Positions 24,541 through 60,400 of a stretch of 64,000 nt of DNA are shown piece by piece. A program made the position numbers and the translations under genes. The notes under the pieces are model-generated. The model had not been told where the DNA came from and searched no databases. It saw nothing but the letters and a program-made list of their open reading frames with translations. Every line of letters starts with the position of its first letter. Position 1 is the stretch's first letter. Source of the DNA: Macrostomum lignano (Eukaryota); assembly GCA_002269645.1 (NCBI GenBank), contig NIVC01002041.1, positions 1-64,000 of the forward strand, written 5' to 3'.

Positions 24541-25656
24541 TCAGATAAAAAGTAAGTTTTAATCGCTTTTATCAAGCAAGTGCATCTTTAAAAAATGAAC
24601 CATGAAGTTTGAAAAAAAACTGGTAACTAAAGGACTCCAGAACTAAAAATTCGTTCTGAATCTTCTACGTACTTACAAGTATATCGGCTAGTAGTACCAT
24701 TGTATTTATTATTTCTTTTTTGGCAGAAGAGGGAAAAGTAGAGAGAAGATTCGCAAGTACGAGCTAACTGAAATTTAGCTCGTATTTTAAAAAACGCTTT
24801 TGCACAGAGACAAATTAAAGTGTCACAGAAGGTGCTTATCACTCGTTCGTTAAAACTTGAAGAATCATAGAGGCCTTATTGAGACCCAACGTTTTTTTAA
24901 TTAAGCTTCAAATTAATTTTTTCGTCATTTGAATCTTTTGAGTATACTCATACGAGTAATTCTTAACACAGCACACATGAAAAGAGGAAAATAAGGCTAT
25001 CACAAAGTCCTAAAAATTTTCTTGGATAATTTTTTATAATTCATTGAGTTCCATAGATTCATTGCAAACGCTAATGAAATTAACTGTCTAGGTGCTGCCT
25101 CTAAAACTACTCTTGTAAAAACACACGCGACGAAATATTGAAGTATTTGTTATAGTACACATCGATAAAAAGATGAAAAGGCTCGAATTTTTAAAAGGCA
25201 CAGAAAAAATGCGCAGGATAGAGACAGGTTACACTCACGACAATGTAGCAAGATCTGCATTTTTGCTCAGAACACTTGAGCAGCCTCTTGACTAGACCAA
25301 ATGTCAATCGTAGTGAATCGATTTTGGTGAACATATCAGTAATAATTTTGGCAAAAGTTCGATCTGACAACAAAATTATGGTGCCTCAATAAAAGTACAA
25401 TTTTACAATTAAAGTTTAACCATAGATTCATCCATGGACTGAAACAGTTCGTATCAATTTCGGTGTCTTAAAACATCCTGCACAAAGTCGCAGGCGGTGA
25501 TCGCAAGGCGATCAGAATTTAACAGTCAAGTATTTTGTTAATTACATCGCTGCGTAGACCTAAATTTTATGCTTAGACTTAAGCCTGTAACTTTATCTTA
25601 AAAACAATCATTCGATGATAAAAATCTTGTCAAACATCGCTTCTACCGATAAACTA

Positions 25657-28199
25657 TCAGAACTTAATACGATTCAGTACGTTGTGCTTTCCTTTGTCCC
25701 ACACCTGGGTATGATACTGGATGACATAGCTGGTCTTGAACGAATTGCGGCAGCGAGCCAGCGACTCTTCGCTGAAGTCGCCGAACAGACGACAGCTCGG
25801 CGCGTTGTGACGAATCCAACTGTAGGGGTTGAACAGGTGAGGCGGGTAGATGGTCAGGTACGGCAGGCCATCGAATTTGGTCTTGTCCAGGCCGCGTTTT
25901 CTGGCGCTGTGGATCCCGCGCATGATCAGGTAGGGGCCTGCAGTTCCGGGAGAGTTGAGTTATTGGTCGTCCTTGCAAATGGAATTTTTTCCTGGTACAC
26001 CCAATGGCATCTTATGCTGTCTAACTATACTCCACCTCGTGTCTAACAGTTATTCGATCGATTGTGTAACACCTTGCTCCACCTCCTGTCTAACAGTCAT
26101 TCGATCGATTGTGTAACACCTTGCTCCACCTCCTGTCTAACAGTCATTCGATCGATTGTGTAACACCTTGCTCCACCTCCTGTCTAACAGTCATTCGATC
26201 GATTGTGTAACACCTTGCTCCACCTCCTGTCTAACAGTCATTCGATCGATTGTGTAACACCTTGCTCCACCTCGTGTCTAACAGTCATTCGATCGATTGT
26301 GTAACACCTTGCTCCACCTCGTATCTAACAGTCATTCGATCGATGGTGTAACACCTTGCTCCACCTCGTGTCTAACAGTTATTCGATCGATTGTGTAACA
26401 CCTTGCTCCACCTCGTGTCTAACAGTTATTCGATCGATTGTGTAACACCTTGCTCCACCTCCTGTCTAACAGTCATTCGATCGATTGTGTAACACCTTGC
26501 TCCACCTCGTGTCTAACAGTTATTCGATCGATTGTGTAACACCTTGCTCCACCTCGTGTCTAACAGTCATTCGATCGATTGTGTAACACCTTGCTCCACC
26601 TCGTATCTAACAGTCATTCGATCGATTGTGTAACACCTTGCTCCACCTCGTATCTAACAGTCATTCGATCGATGGTGTAACACCTTGCTCCACCTCGTGT
26701 CTAACAGTCATTCGATCGATTGTGTAACAACTTGCTCTTACTTTTTGTGTAACAGTTAGTTGTCTGTGTAACACACGGAGTTTTCCTATACATTCCTAAG
26801 TCTCCAGCAAGAGCTTGTCAACCTCAATTTTCAGCCAGAACAATTTTTCCTATTTTCTTCCCGCGAAGTGGATTATTAGGTCTGGGGGCGAAATGGCCTC
26901 CTACGCACAGACTTCACGATCGGGGCAAGTATGCTAGGAGCAGGAGAGTGCTACACCAGATGCCAGCTCAATCTCCTGCATTGATCTGCTGCTCACAACC
27001 CAATCTGAAAGGCGCACCAAGAGGAGCTTGTCTGATTAAGCCAAGGCGGAACATGCTATTGCAATTTGGCTCAACAAGCACACGCCAAGGTTCCTCCCCT
27101 TTAGGGAAGATATAGTACCATTTCTGAGCGAAAAGCGTCTACCATTAGATCTCTCCTCACGTACCTCCTCATGGTTGTTTTTAGTCACAGGGATGGCAAC
27201 ACTTTGATTTCAAGTGTTTTTTGTCAAGGCCAGCAATAGGTTGGCAAAAATATAAAGCCCCTGGTGCTGGCGCCCCTGGTGCTGGCGCCCGTGGTGCTGG
27301 CGCCCCTGGTGCTGGCGCCCCTGGTGCTAAAGCCCCTGGTGCTAAAGCCCCTGGTGCTAAAGCCCCTGGTGCTAAAGCCCCCTGGTGGTGGTGCTGGCGC
27401 CATACAATTCCTCCAGCCGATTCTTAAATCTCATAAACAGCGAATGCCCGAAGACCTCACCGGAGGTCATGATCGGCAGGCCCTCAGTCGTGGTGTTCAA
27501 CACCCGGATGAGCTCCCAGAAGAAGGGATGCTTCGGCCGGCTGTACATAAACGAATTCTCAATTTGGCCTTCGTCAACGTAGGACGAGTCGCTGCTGCTG
27601 TAAATCATCTTGCCGTCCATGGCGCCGAAGGCCAAGCTAGTGTTAGCCAACATGTGCTCGAAGTTTGCCAGGCACTCGCAGTCCAGGTCGCAGTACAGTC
27701 CGCCGTAGTGGTACATGTAGAACAGCCGGCTAACGTCGGCTTTCTGCACGCCGACGCCGTAGGAGTCGAATCGGGCCAGAAACCAGGGATAGTGCTCGGC
27801 GATGAGCCGCCTGTTGTCCTCGTCAGTCCACAGGGCGTAGCGATAAGTCGGGAAGCAGCGACCGAAGCTGCCGGCCCAACGAGCAAACAACGGCGGCAGA
27901 GTCGCGTTGACCCAGGACTGGTGCACCAATCTGATCACCGGCTGGTCTCTGGAGCCGACTGAAGCGGCAATCGATGGGTCGTCTAGCAAAGGAAACTGCC
28001 GACCGCCTCGATGTCGGTCGACAGTGCTTGTCTTCTTCGAGGAAGTCGGTGTAGCATTCAGGCCACGCTGGGTGCCTCTAGCGGGCTTTCTGTGACCGCG
28101 CCCGTCAGAGGGCAGCAGGTGCCAGACCAGCCCGAGGCACAATAGGATGCCGAGCAGAAACAGGCCAAGCCGACGGAAGTTGGGGAAGATATAGTTCAT
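25657..28199 (-). CDS. GT32-family DXD glycosyltransferase (OCH1/SUR1-CSH1-like), type II membrane, 2 exons (28199-27461, 25937-25657), 339 aa
   Basis: N-terminal TM helix; IRLVHQSW; LWTDEDNRRLIAEHYPWF; KADVSRLFYMYHYGGLYCDLD; NSFMYSRPKHPFF; spliced TSG|PYLI; IYPPHLFNP; C-terminal HTQVW. Phase-1 donor G|gtgagg and acceptor ctgcag|GC. Confidence 0.9.
26030..26735. repeat. 47-bp minisatellite in the glycosyltransferase intron
   Basis: Unit ctccacctcgtgtctaacagtcattcgatcgattgtgtaacaccttg, about 15 copies, no unique spacers. Confidence 0.95.
27258..27398. repeat. 15-bp GC-rich tandem repeat
   Basis: ggtgctggcgcccct and ggtgctaaagcccct units. Confidence 0.9.
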
Positions 28200-28504
28200 T
28201 GCGGCACCCTGCTGTTTGGCAACTGGGAATTCCGAGTTCCTGCGGGTTGATTAAAGACTGATCTACAGTAGTCCAACGGACGCAACCAGCGTATAGGGTG
28301 TGTGTAACTCGTACCTTTTGCAACGGCTTCGAGGGTTGGCGCACGTCTATTTATTGATTTCTGTACTAACCTCAGCCAACTTTGCTTAACTGTTCAATCA
28401 CCGAATGGGAACTCAAACAGTGTTTATCTTTGTCTTCCTGGAAAGAGCTCTTTGTTCGACTCCTCAGGGCACCGCGTTTTCACTTTATGAGGCTTAGGAG
28501 AGGG

Positions 28505-29045
28505 CTTTGAGACACTTGTAGAGGGCTCTGGTGCTGAATATTTGAGACACTTATAGAGGGCTCTGAGGCTGAATATTTGAGACACTTGTAGAGGGCTCTG
28601 AGGCTGAATATTTGAGACACTTGTAGAGGGCTCTGAGGCTGAATATTTGAGACACTTGTAGAGGGCTCTGAGGCTGAATATTTGAGACACTTGTAGAGGG
28701 CTCTGAGGCTGAATATTTGAGACACTTGTAGAGGGCTCTGAGGCTGAACATTTGAGACACTTGGGGAGGGCTCTGAGGCTGAATATTTGAGACACTTGTA
28801 GAGGGCTCTGAGGCTGAATATTTGAGACACTTGTAGAGGGCTCTGAGGCTGAATATTTGAGACACTTGGGGAGGGCTCTGAGGCTGAATATTTGAGACAC
28901 TTGGGGAGGGCTCTGAGGCTGAATATTTGAGACACTTATAGAGGGCTCTGAGGCTGAATATTTGAGACACTTGTAGAGGGCTCTGAGGCTGAATATTTGA
29001 GACACTTGGGGAGGGCTCTGAGGCTGAATATTTGAGACACTGGTG
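28505..29045. repeat. 35-bp minisatellite
   Basis: Unit gagggctctgaggctgaatatttgagacacttgta. Confidence 0.95.
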
Positions 29046-31309
29046 GAGGGGGCATTCAAGCACGCACGCAATGCGACCCACTCAGAATAATGCTTCGATA
29101 AACTACTGTGTATTCATTGTGTGTGTGAGTATGTAGCTTGTAGTGCTGCGAAGTGTTCGTGAGTCCCGTACAATGCAACTACTAGTGGACAAGAGCTGAC
29201 TGTGCATGCGGTAATTTTGTAGAACAATAGGCCACTATAGTGGGCATTGAGACCAGCTGTTAAAGGCTGCGAACATTTCACTGGCACGAACTGTGTATCA
29301 AAGCAGTAGATCAATTGAGAAAGACAGGCGAGTGGTCACTCCTACACGATTTCTTATGGAGAGTGCTCACTCCTACATGACTTCTCAATGATAGTGGACT
29401 CCCCTACAAGATTTCTCAAGGAGAGTGGACTCTCATAGCAAGTTCAGTGGACTCTACTAAATCCATTAGACTATCCCACGAAGATCGATATCAACAGGTG
29501 CACACACAATGCTGGATGAAACGCAGTTAAGCTGATAAGACTCACCGAGAGCTGGTTTATAAAAACTCCTCAACAAGCAACGCAGCCGGTAGCTCCTACA
29601 AGGGCGACTTCCGCTACTACACCGCCGTGCAGAAGCAGCAATTTCACAGCCCAAAGCAGACAGAATAATATACGCGCGATTCAAAAATTTCTGGACTAGC
29701 TTGCGCGGGCACACACACACACACACCGACAGTGTTACTGTTGGCAAAATTATAAAAATGCCAAAAGAGAAAATCTCTCTACCGGGGGGAGGGGGGCTGC
29801 TGCTATAGTTCTCAGGCCAGCCAACCAACAAATTGTGTTGCTCCAACATCCCCGCCGCCTGCTCTCCATGCTCATTGAGGCGTTGAGCCAGCCAGCGCCT
29901 ACTACAAAACTGCTGTGGCCTCCCTACTCACCATTGTCTGCCCGGTGAGGCAGGTCTCTCTCTCTCTCCCTCTCTCGCTCTCCCGCGAAACAAAAGTCGC
30001 TCCATTAAATCGGGGCATGGAGGGAGGGACAGCAAGACGGAGTGCGGATCTGAGAGAGGAGGATGGTGCGGACGGTCGGGGCCGGTGGTGGAGACGAGAG
30101 AAGGTGTTCCATCATCACCCCCCCCCCCAACTGTTCAACATCTCCGATCCCGTCCCTTCATCCGCGATCCAGATGGGGGGAGGGGAAGAGAGAAAGGGAG
30201 AAGCAGACAGAGAAAGAGAGCCAGTTGTTGCAACGCTTTTTGCCTTCCGTTGAATTTAATGTTGCATTGAGTTCCCTCTGAGTGCATGTACTCAGCCATG
30301 GGTATTGCCATAGCCACCAGGTCCAACTCAAAACCCCCCTCACCCACCCCTGAGTCGACTCCGAGTATGGTAGCTAATGCTAAAGCCATATTTGCCCAGT
30401 GACTGGTTTACCTGAGCCTCACGGCGGTTTTACGAGTAGCAGATGCCAAATCAATTCCCGATGCTGGAAGCACTGTACTGGGCCGCGAACCAGTTTGGGA
30501 TTAAATGCTTAATGCTTAAAGCTGTAAAATTAATTCTTTTGATTTGGAACAGAGTTTTCAGAATGTATTGAATTGAGTTAAGAGGTGCCCGGGGTCATCT
30601 GGAGGTGTCAGCCCCCAGGAAGTGTCGTGAGTCATCATAGGGTGTCAGAAATCATATTGATTGAGAGTTTTTGGGGTCATGATGAGTCATCAGGAGTCAT
30701 TAGGAGTCATAGTGAGTCATTATAAGCCATCAGGTGTCAGAAGTAGAAAAATATATACAAAAACAGACTCATACACCTGTATCGCCAGTTCAATACTTAT
30801 TAGTCGTATTCTCGTCAGCCTTTGCGTTACATGCAGGACGAAACCTGCATCTCGATCTCTGTTTACTCTGCTGTGCAAAATTTCCACTAAAATAGAAGTA
30901 ATTCAGAACGCAATGAAATGGCATAGCAGATACCAAATTATCTTAAATTTAGCTTAAATCAGCTTGTTGGTAGGTTATAATTATATTGTCACGAAACATC
31001 GTCAAAAGTTTCAAATTCGAATTCTGTTAGTTTCTGTTAGCAGAAAACTTGTATCAAAGCTTCACTTAGTGCCAGTGCAAGACGTTTTAAGTTGAGAAAG
31101 CGAAACAAATCTTCTAAATGAATGAAGTGAAAATCATTTTTAGTAAGGTGGAAACAAATACGAGCGGAGTAAAGAGGAGGGTAAGGGTGGATCTTCGCTG
31201 CAAATCACAGCGATTAACATGCCGAATGGGCAGTGACATTAGGCGTTAGTCATTGTTAGCGGCTGCGTCATGACCATGTCCAAACATATGCATACCTACT
31301 ATCAGTGTC

Positions 31310-31820
31310 CTTACATAGCCGCTAGCAATGTCCCTACAGAGCCGCTAACAATGTCCATATAGAGCCGCTAAGAATGTCCCTACAGAGCCGCTAACAATGT
31401 CCCTACAGAGCCGCTAGCAATGTCCGTAGAATACCGCTAACAATGTCCCTACAGAGCCGCTAGCAATGTCCCTACAGAGCCGCTAACAATGTCCCTACAG
31501 AGTCGCTAGCAATGTCCCTACAGAGCCGCTAACAATGTCCCTACAGAGCCGCTAGCAATGTCCCTACAGAGCCACTAACAATTTCCATATAGAGCCTCTA
31601 AAAATGTCCCTAGAGTACAGCTAACAATGTCCCTACAGAGCCGCTAACAATGTCCCTACAGAGCCGCTAACAATGTCCCTACAGAGCCGCTAACAATGTC
31701 TCTACAGAGCCGCTAACAATGTCCATATAGAGCCTCTAAAAATGTCCCTAGAGTACAGCTAACAATGTCCGTAGAGTGAGTGCCCACGAAAATGTCCCTA
31801 CAGAGCCGCTAACAATGTCT
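31310..31820. repeat. 23-bp minisatellite
   Basis: Unit aatgtccctacagagccgctaac. Confidence 0.93.
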
Positions 31821-32394
31821 CTGGTGAGACAAAGCATAAAAATGTTTAAAGAAACAACGTAAAGACAAGCAAGGAAAACTGCAGACAAGTATCAATGTTT
31901 CTGGTCGAATGCGAGAAAAATAGACAGTTTAGAAATTGAACTCAAACTGTACATTGTCAGGCGAGTGAGATGATTGCTGGAGGAGAATGCATCTTAGAAA
32001 CAAATTATCTCATCCGTAACGTATAAATGATGCATAGAAGCGGTTACTCAGCCTTCACTATCGGTGCAGACACGTAGCAAGGTTTTGAAAGGGCCTGATG
32101 CATTGCATTCAGAGCTTCAGTAGGGAAATTTTTAGTATATGGATTCAACCTCAGAAATGATGAAGATTTATAAGCAATATTTGTTGAATAAAAGCAACAG
32201 AGAAGGTAAGTGCGGTACAGTGCTAGAAATGGCTATAAATTAAATTCGAATTTTCTTTCGGACATTTTAAAATCGTTGAACAGCAGCAGTCTGAAGTTGC
32301 GGTAATCAAAGGCAGTCGGTATGAGAAGCTTGATTGAGGCTAAGGATTAGAAATATTGCTGTCTAGGAGACAGCGGGATAGAAGCGAGGAGTGG

Positions 32395-32750
32395 GTGAGA
32401 TAGAGGCTAGGAGACAGCGGGATATAGAGGCTAGGAGACAGTGGGATAGAGGCTAGGAGACAGTGGGATAGAGGCTAGGAGACAGTGGGATAGAGGCTAG
32501 GAGACAGTGAGATAGAGACTAGGAGACAGTGAGATAGAGACTAGGAGACAGTGGGATAGAGACTAGGAGACAGTGAGATAGAGGCTAGGAGACAGTGAGA
32601 TAGAGGCTAGGAGACAGTGAGATAGAGGCTAGGAGACAGTGAGATAGAGGCTAGGAGACAGTGAGATAGAGGCTAGGAGACAGTGAGATAGAGGCTAGAA
32701 GACAGTGAGATAGAGGCTAGGAGACAGTGGGAAAGAGGCTAGGAGACGGC
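32395..32750. repeat. 22-bp purine-rich minisatellite immediately downstream of the ARRDC stop
   Basis: Unit gagatagaggctaggagacagt. Confidence 0.93.
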
Positions 32751-32768
32751 ATGGAGGCTGGAGGCAGC

Positions 32769-41691
<8,923 letters not shown>

Positions 41692-42329
41692 ATTGGTCAG
41701 ACTGTGTCTGTCAGTCACTGCTCAGAGCTCAATATCATACCTAGTAATGAGAGATGACGGATATAAGTTCAAAAAAACCTTGTTTAACACACGAGCAACT
41801 TAAACGAACTTACTGTGCTGCTCTCGTTTCTTTCTTCTAAACCTCGGAGGGCGTCCCGTGCATTCCTGGCCAGTGGATGGGGGGGGGGCAGGGAGAGGAA
41901 ACAGGGGCAAAACTCTGGCCAAGTAAGTTCTCTCCCACCTTGTTCGTCCCAACATGGAACACACTGCAGCAGCGCGGCGGTGTACACAGGCGGGGGGAAA
42001 GCCGGGGGTTCGCCTCCTCCCCCCCCCCCTCCGATCCAACTCCTAGTGCTTTTCAACACGCAAAAGAGGGGCAGTCCTTGGGAGCCAATGGGATCAAAGG
42101 GGTGGTGGGGCGGGGGGAGTGGAGGAGGCTGCAGCAGGCAGCAGTGACCCCGTCTCTGATCCACTCACTGGCTTGCAGAGCTTTGGCTCCCAGCATGCAA
42201 TGCAAATCTATCTTTCGGCTTACTGCTGCGATGCTGTAGAAATTTTGAAAGTTTTCTTTGTACTCCTTCATTCTGTACTCTCTAATCTACTCGCTACACA
42301 CACTATCCAATATCAAAATGTACTTTTAG

Positions 42330-42975
42330 TCTACCCTCTCTCCCTTTTGCCATCTACCCTCTCCTTCTCTATCTACTCCCTCTCTTCTTCTTTATCTACC
42401 CTCTCTCTTTTTATATCTACCCCCTCTCTCCTTCTCTATCTACTCCCTCTCCCCTTCTCTATCTACTCCCTCTCTTCTTCTCTATCTACTCCCTCTCTTC
42501 TTCTTTATCTACCCTCTCTCTTTTTATATCTACCCCCTCTCTCCTTCTCTATCTACTCCCTCTCCCCTTCTCTATCTACTCCCTCTCTCCTTCTCTATCT
42601 ACTCCCTCTCTTCTTCTTTATCTACCCTCTCTCTTTTTATATCTACTCCCTCTCTCCTTCTCTATCTACTCCCTCTCCCCTTCTCTATCTACTCCCTCTC
42701 TTCTTCTCTATCTACCCTCTCTCCTTTTATATCTACCCCCTCTCTCCTTCTCTATCTACTCCCTCTCCTTCTGTATCTACCCTCTCTCCTTTTATATCTA
42801 CCCCCTCTCTCCTTCTCTATCTACTCCCTCTCCTTCTCTATCTACTCCCTCTCCCCTTCTCTATCTACCCTCCCTCTCCCTTTCTCTATCTACCCTCCCT
42901 CCTTCTCTATCTACCCTCTCTCCTTTTATATCTACCCCCTCTCCCCTTCTCTATCTACCCTATCTCCCTTTGCTA
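42330..42975. repeat. Polypyrimidine ~21-22-bp degenerate tandem repeat
   Basis: ctctccttctctatctactccc-type units with almost no G on the plus strand. Confidence 0.9.
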
Positions 42976-43527
42976 TTAACACTGGCCCTCTCTATCTTCT
43001 TGATCTATCGTACTCTGTGCTCTTACCATCGCTTTCCTATCTAAATCCCTTTTTCATCTACCCTCCACCACTTCACTTTTCCCCCCTCTCTCCCTCCCTG
43101 TTTTCCATCTGCAATTCTGGACCCCACCAACTTTATAAACAGTTCAGTCGATACATCATCAATAAACGCATCAAGCAGCCACTAATAACAAGTCAACTAA
43201 AGCTGATTGACACATTCAACCTGAAAACTCTACCCTAGGGATTAACCGGCGCGTTGGCTACAAAAATTTATTGTTAATATTTTTGGCTGCTTTGCTATTA
43301 AATATTTCAGTTGCTATGTACTTCAAGCTTGACCAGCCGGAAAGACACTTACAAACATAAATTTCGATATTGCAGTCAATTAATTTATCAAAGATTGATA
43401 GCTTAGTCAGCTATTGCTAATTTATCTACTATTAGTAGGCATAGAGCAATATGGGGGCATTTTGCAAGTTCTGAATCGTTTAGAAGTCCGCTGGCTCACA
43501 AGTTAAACTCTCTAAACCATTAGTCTG

Positions 43528-56816
<13,289 letters not shown>

Positions 56817-57464
56817 NNNNNNNNNNNNNNNNNNNNNNNNNNNNNNNNNNNNNNNNNNNNNNNNNNNNNNNNNNNNNNNNNNNNNNNNNNNNNNNNNNNN
56901 NNNNNNNNNNNNNNNNNNNNNNNNNNNNNNNNNNNNNNNNNNNNNNNNNNNNNNNNNNNNNNNNNNNNNNNNNNNNNNNNNNNNNNNNNNNNNNNNNNNN
57001 NNNNNNNNNNNNNNNNNNNNNNNNNNNNNNNNNNNNNNNNNNNNNNNNNNNNNNNNNNNNNNNNNNNNNNNNNNNNNNNNNNNNNNNNNNNNNNNNNNNN
57101 NNNNNNNNNNNNNNNNNNNNNNNNNNNNNNNNNNNNNNNNNNNNNNNNNNNNNNNNNNNNNNNNNNNNNNNNNNNNNNNNNNNNNNNNNNNNNNNNNNNN
57201 NNNNNNNNNNNNNNNNNNNNNNNNNNNNNNNNNNNNNNNNNNNNNNNNNNNNNNNNNNNNNNNNNNNNNNNNNNNNNNNNNNNNNNNNNNNNNNNNNNNN
57301 NNNNNNNNNNNNNNNNNNNNNNNNNNNNNNNNNNNNNNNNNNNNNNNNNNNNNNNNNNNNNNNNNNNNNNNNNNNNNNNNNNNNNNNNNNNNNNNNNNNN
57401 NNNNNNNNNNNNNNNNNNNNNNNNNNNNNNNNNNNNNNNNNNNNNNNNNNNNNNNNNNNNNNNN
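56817..57464. other. Assembly gap (N run)
   Basis: Run of n characters. Confidence 0.99.
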
Positions 57465-60400
57465 GGGTCAGATGACCAGGATCTTCTCCACATTCATGCG
57501 GAACGCGTCGCTGCAGGTCTGCTTGACAATGTCGAAGAACTTCAAGCGATCCTCCGGATCAATGAGTCGATCGTAGAAGACGCGGTAGACTTCGTGCACC
57601 CAAAGGCGCATCAGCTTCTCCTCCTCCGTCATATGGGAGGCGGGGACCAGCAGAACGCCTCTGACAACGCGCGCAAAGTCGCGCAGGTTGAAAACGTAGT
57701 GAGACTTCGTTGGTGTCGGCAGGAAATTCGCCACCGCCTCTTTGTAGACCTGCAGAGTTGCCGTTACCATGAGTTTTCCCAGCCTCAGAAAACCTCCTTC
57801 GAAGCCCTTCGAAAAGTGCCAGTCCGCGATCGTAGTAAAAATTCGGCTCATTGTGGCGTCATCGAACTCGTCGATTCCGATAACGTTCATGTGGCGAGTG
57901 AATCGGCTAGTAATGTCAGAGCGTCCGCCACCCGGAGGGCCCATTGCCGTCACGAACAACACATCCTGCAGCTTGAAAGCGCTGGTATCCTTACGGTCGA
58001 ACCAGTGTCCGTGGTCGATCCACTGGCGAAGCAACTCAATGGGCGGCTGAGCGCCGTACTTCTCCTTAGCCGGCATGTTCAGATCATCAACGAATAGAAC
58101 GCACTTCTTGCCCATCGGCGGTCCGTAGATACCTTTGCGACGTCTGTCCAGCTTTGACATCACGATATCTTGAGTCTGGTTAGCCGACGTCCTAGCCGAA
58201 AAGTTGATCATGTTAGGTATGTACTTTTCTTTAGGCAGGCTGACTATGTACGAATTGCAGATTGCCGACTTGCCCGTGCCAGTGGGTCCGACAAACATGC
58301 ATGGCACGCCGTGTCCCATAAAAGTGCGCAAGAAAAACGTCTGCCGAGCAGTGTCGGATGTTTGCACTACGACTTCTGAAATTTTCGCTTCCTTGGGGAT
58401 GCTAAGAAGGCTGCGATCGATGATGTCCATCCAGTCGATCCAAACGCCGCTGGCTTTCTTCTCAAAGCAAAAATCGTAAATGCTCCCGCGGTCCGGGAAG
58501 ATGTTGCTCTTGGTGAGCTTGCACGACTTCGGCTTGGGGAAGTCGGCGTTGGTGCCGGTGATGAGGTTGCGGAAAAACTGATCGAATTTCTTGCGACCGT
58601 CGCCACTCAGATGGGCGCTAACGCTCCAGACGAAGGCAAAGAGGAAGATTCCCTGGAGCCATTGAAACACCTGCGTATCCGACAGCTCACCAGCCCAATC
58701 ATTTCACCAGCAGCCTCAGCGCCCTCTTCTACTGGCTCGCTGCCGTCCCTAGCGTTCGCTCGGATCTCGTCCAGGAGGCACGAGTAGAGTCGCATAAACG
58801 ACTGCACCAAGTGAATGTCGCTTAGGCGAATCAACACTCGGCAGCTGTGCTTAATGAAGGACAAGCAAGGATCTACCAGCCACTCGAATAGGTCAGTAAT
58901 TAGTTCGCGATGCTCTTCGGTCAAGTTCTTTGGTAGCTCATGCTGCATGTAGGACTGCATCGAGGGCCGCCAACCGAGCTGAGACGGCTCCAGGTAGATC
59001 ATGCCGCAGCGGGACACGGTGGCGGGGCTGGCCTGCTCCAGATCGGCTGGCTCAAAGATGAGATTCATCTTGTTCGACATCTGAATGATCTCGCCACTCA
59101 TAAGGCAAAGCTTCTTGTTGTCGTCTAGCACCGTGTTCATGTTTTCAATCCACACTGCGTCAACAGGACCATCGAACAGAATCCAATGGCGGTGGTCATT
59201 TTGCGCTACCGCGAACTCTCGGAATGTCGTAGCCAAGACACCGTCTGTCCACTCGTGACTTACTGGATCAAACTGACCATACAACTGTCCCATTGAAATG
59301 GCCTTCGGGTTGATGATACGGTGCACAACCTTGAACTCTTCCATTAGATTTGCGCTATTCAGGTCGGATAGAGCATCTGCAAGGGCTTGGTAGCCCTGGG
59401 TCTTTCCACCAAGCGTCTCACCAACAATCATGAGTCCGTGGCGCACAAGAATCATTTCGTAAACTTGTAGAATCTTTTCAAGAAACCAGGGCACTGGTTG
59501 CAGCTTTCTCTTGGCCAGGTTATCTTTGATAGCGTCAAAGAAGACAGAGTAATCTGGCTTGGCGATTTCGACGCCCGGAAACAGATCACTGATGATGCCC
59601 TCAAAGAGAGGTATGTCCTGGGCCAGGAACTTAGGGAGGTTCACGTCGTTGATAGCTTTTAGGAGCAGAACCGCCTCGTCCTCGTCTGGAAGCTTCTGTC
59701 GCAGGTTGCCAGCAGCTGTCAGAACTGATTTCACAGCTCGCATTCCGTAGTCGTAGTGATGCTGGGATGACAGCTGCTCGCTGCACAGCTTGTAAGTCGC
59801 TACGATTTTGCTGGATAAGGCCCTCGCATCCACAAATCCCATTGAGTAGAGTGAGATCTCGCCAATTAAAGCGTAGTCCGGCACCATCATTGCCACAGAG
59901 CGGAATAGAACCTTCAAGTTGTCTGGCAACTCTTGGCGTCCAGCATAGCCTGGGTTCATTGTGATGAACATGGTGCAGGTCGGGTTGAGGCTCAGCTCCG
60001 TTCCTTCGAACACAAACCGCTTGAGGCCTTGGGCGATGGCCACTTGAATGCAATGGATTTGTTGAGCCACCACAGACAGAACCTCAAGCTCGATTCGATT
60101 GAACTCATCGAAACAGGCCCATGCTCCGGCTTGAGCGAGACCTTTGAAGAATTTTCCCATAGCTTTGTAGTCCAGACCATCCGAGCAGTTAAACACCACG
60201 CATTGTTTTGCCACAGCCTTTGCTAAATCTTTGCTAGTCTCTGTTTTGCCAGTTCCTGCCGGTCCCTCCGGTGCGCCACCCAAGTTCAGCTTCAGAGCGC
60301 TCATCAGGGTCCGGTAGCAGCGGTCAGTCAGGGGAGTAATTACCAGACGGGGAGTATTTCCAAGGTACTCATAGCCGTAGGCTAGTTCCGTAGTTATCTG

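Noticed and set aside
26030-26735. Regular 47-bp array with an internal palindrome (tcgatcga), superficially CRISPR-like
   Set aside because: Units are contiguous with no unique spacers, there are no cas genes, and it lies in a spliceosomal intron.
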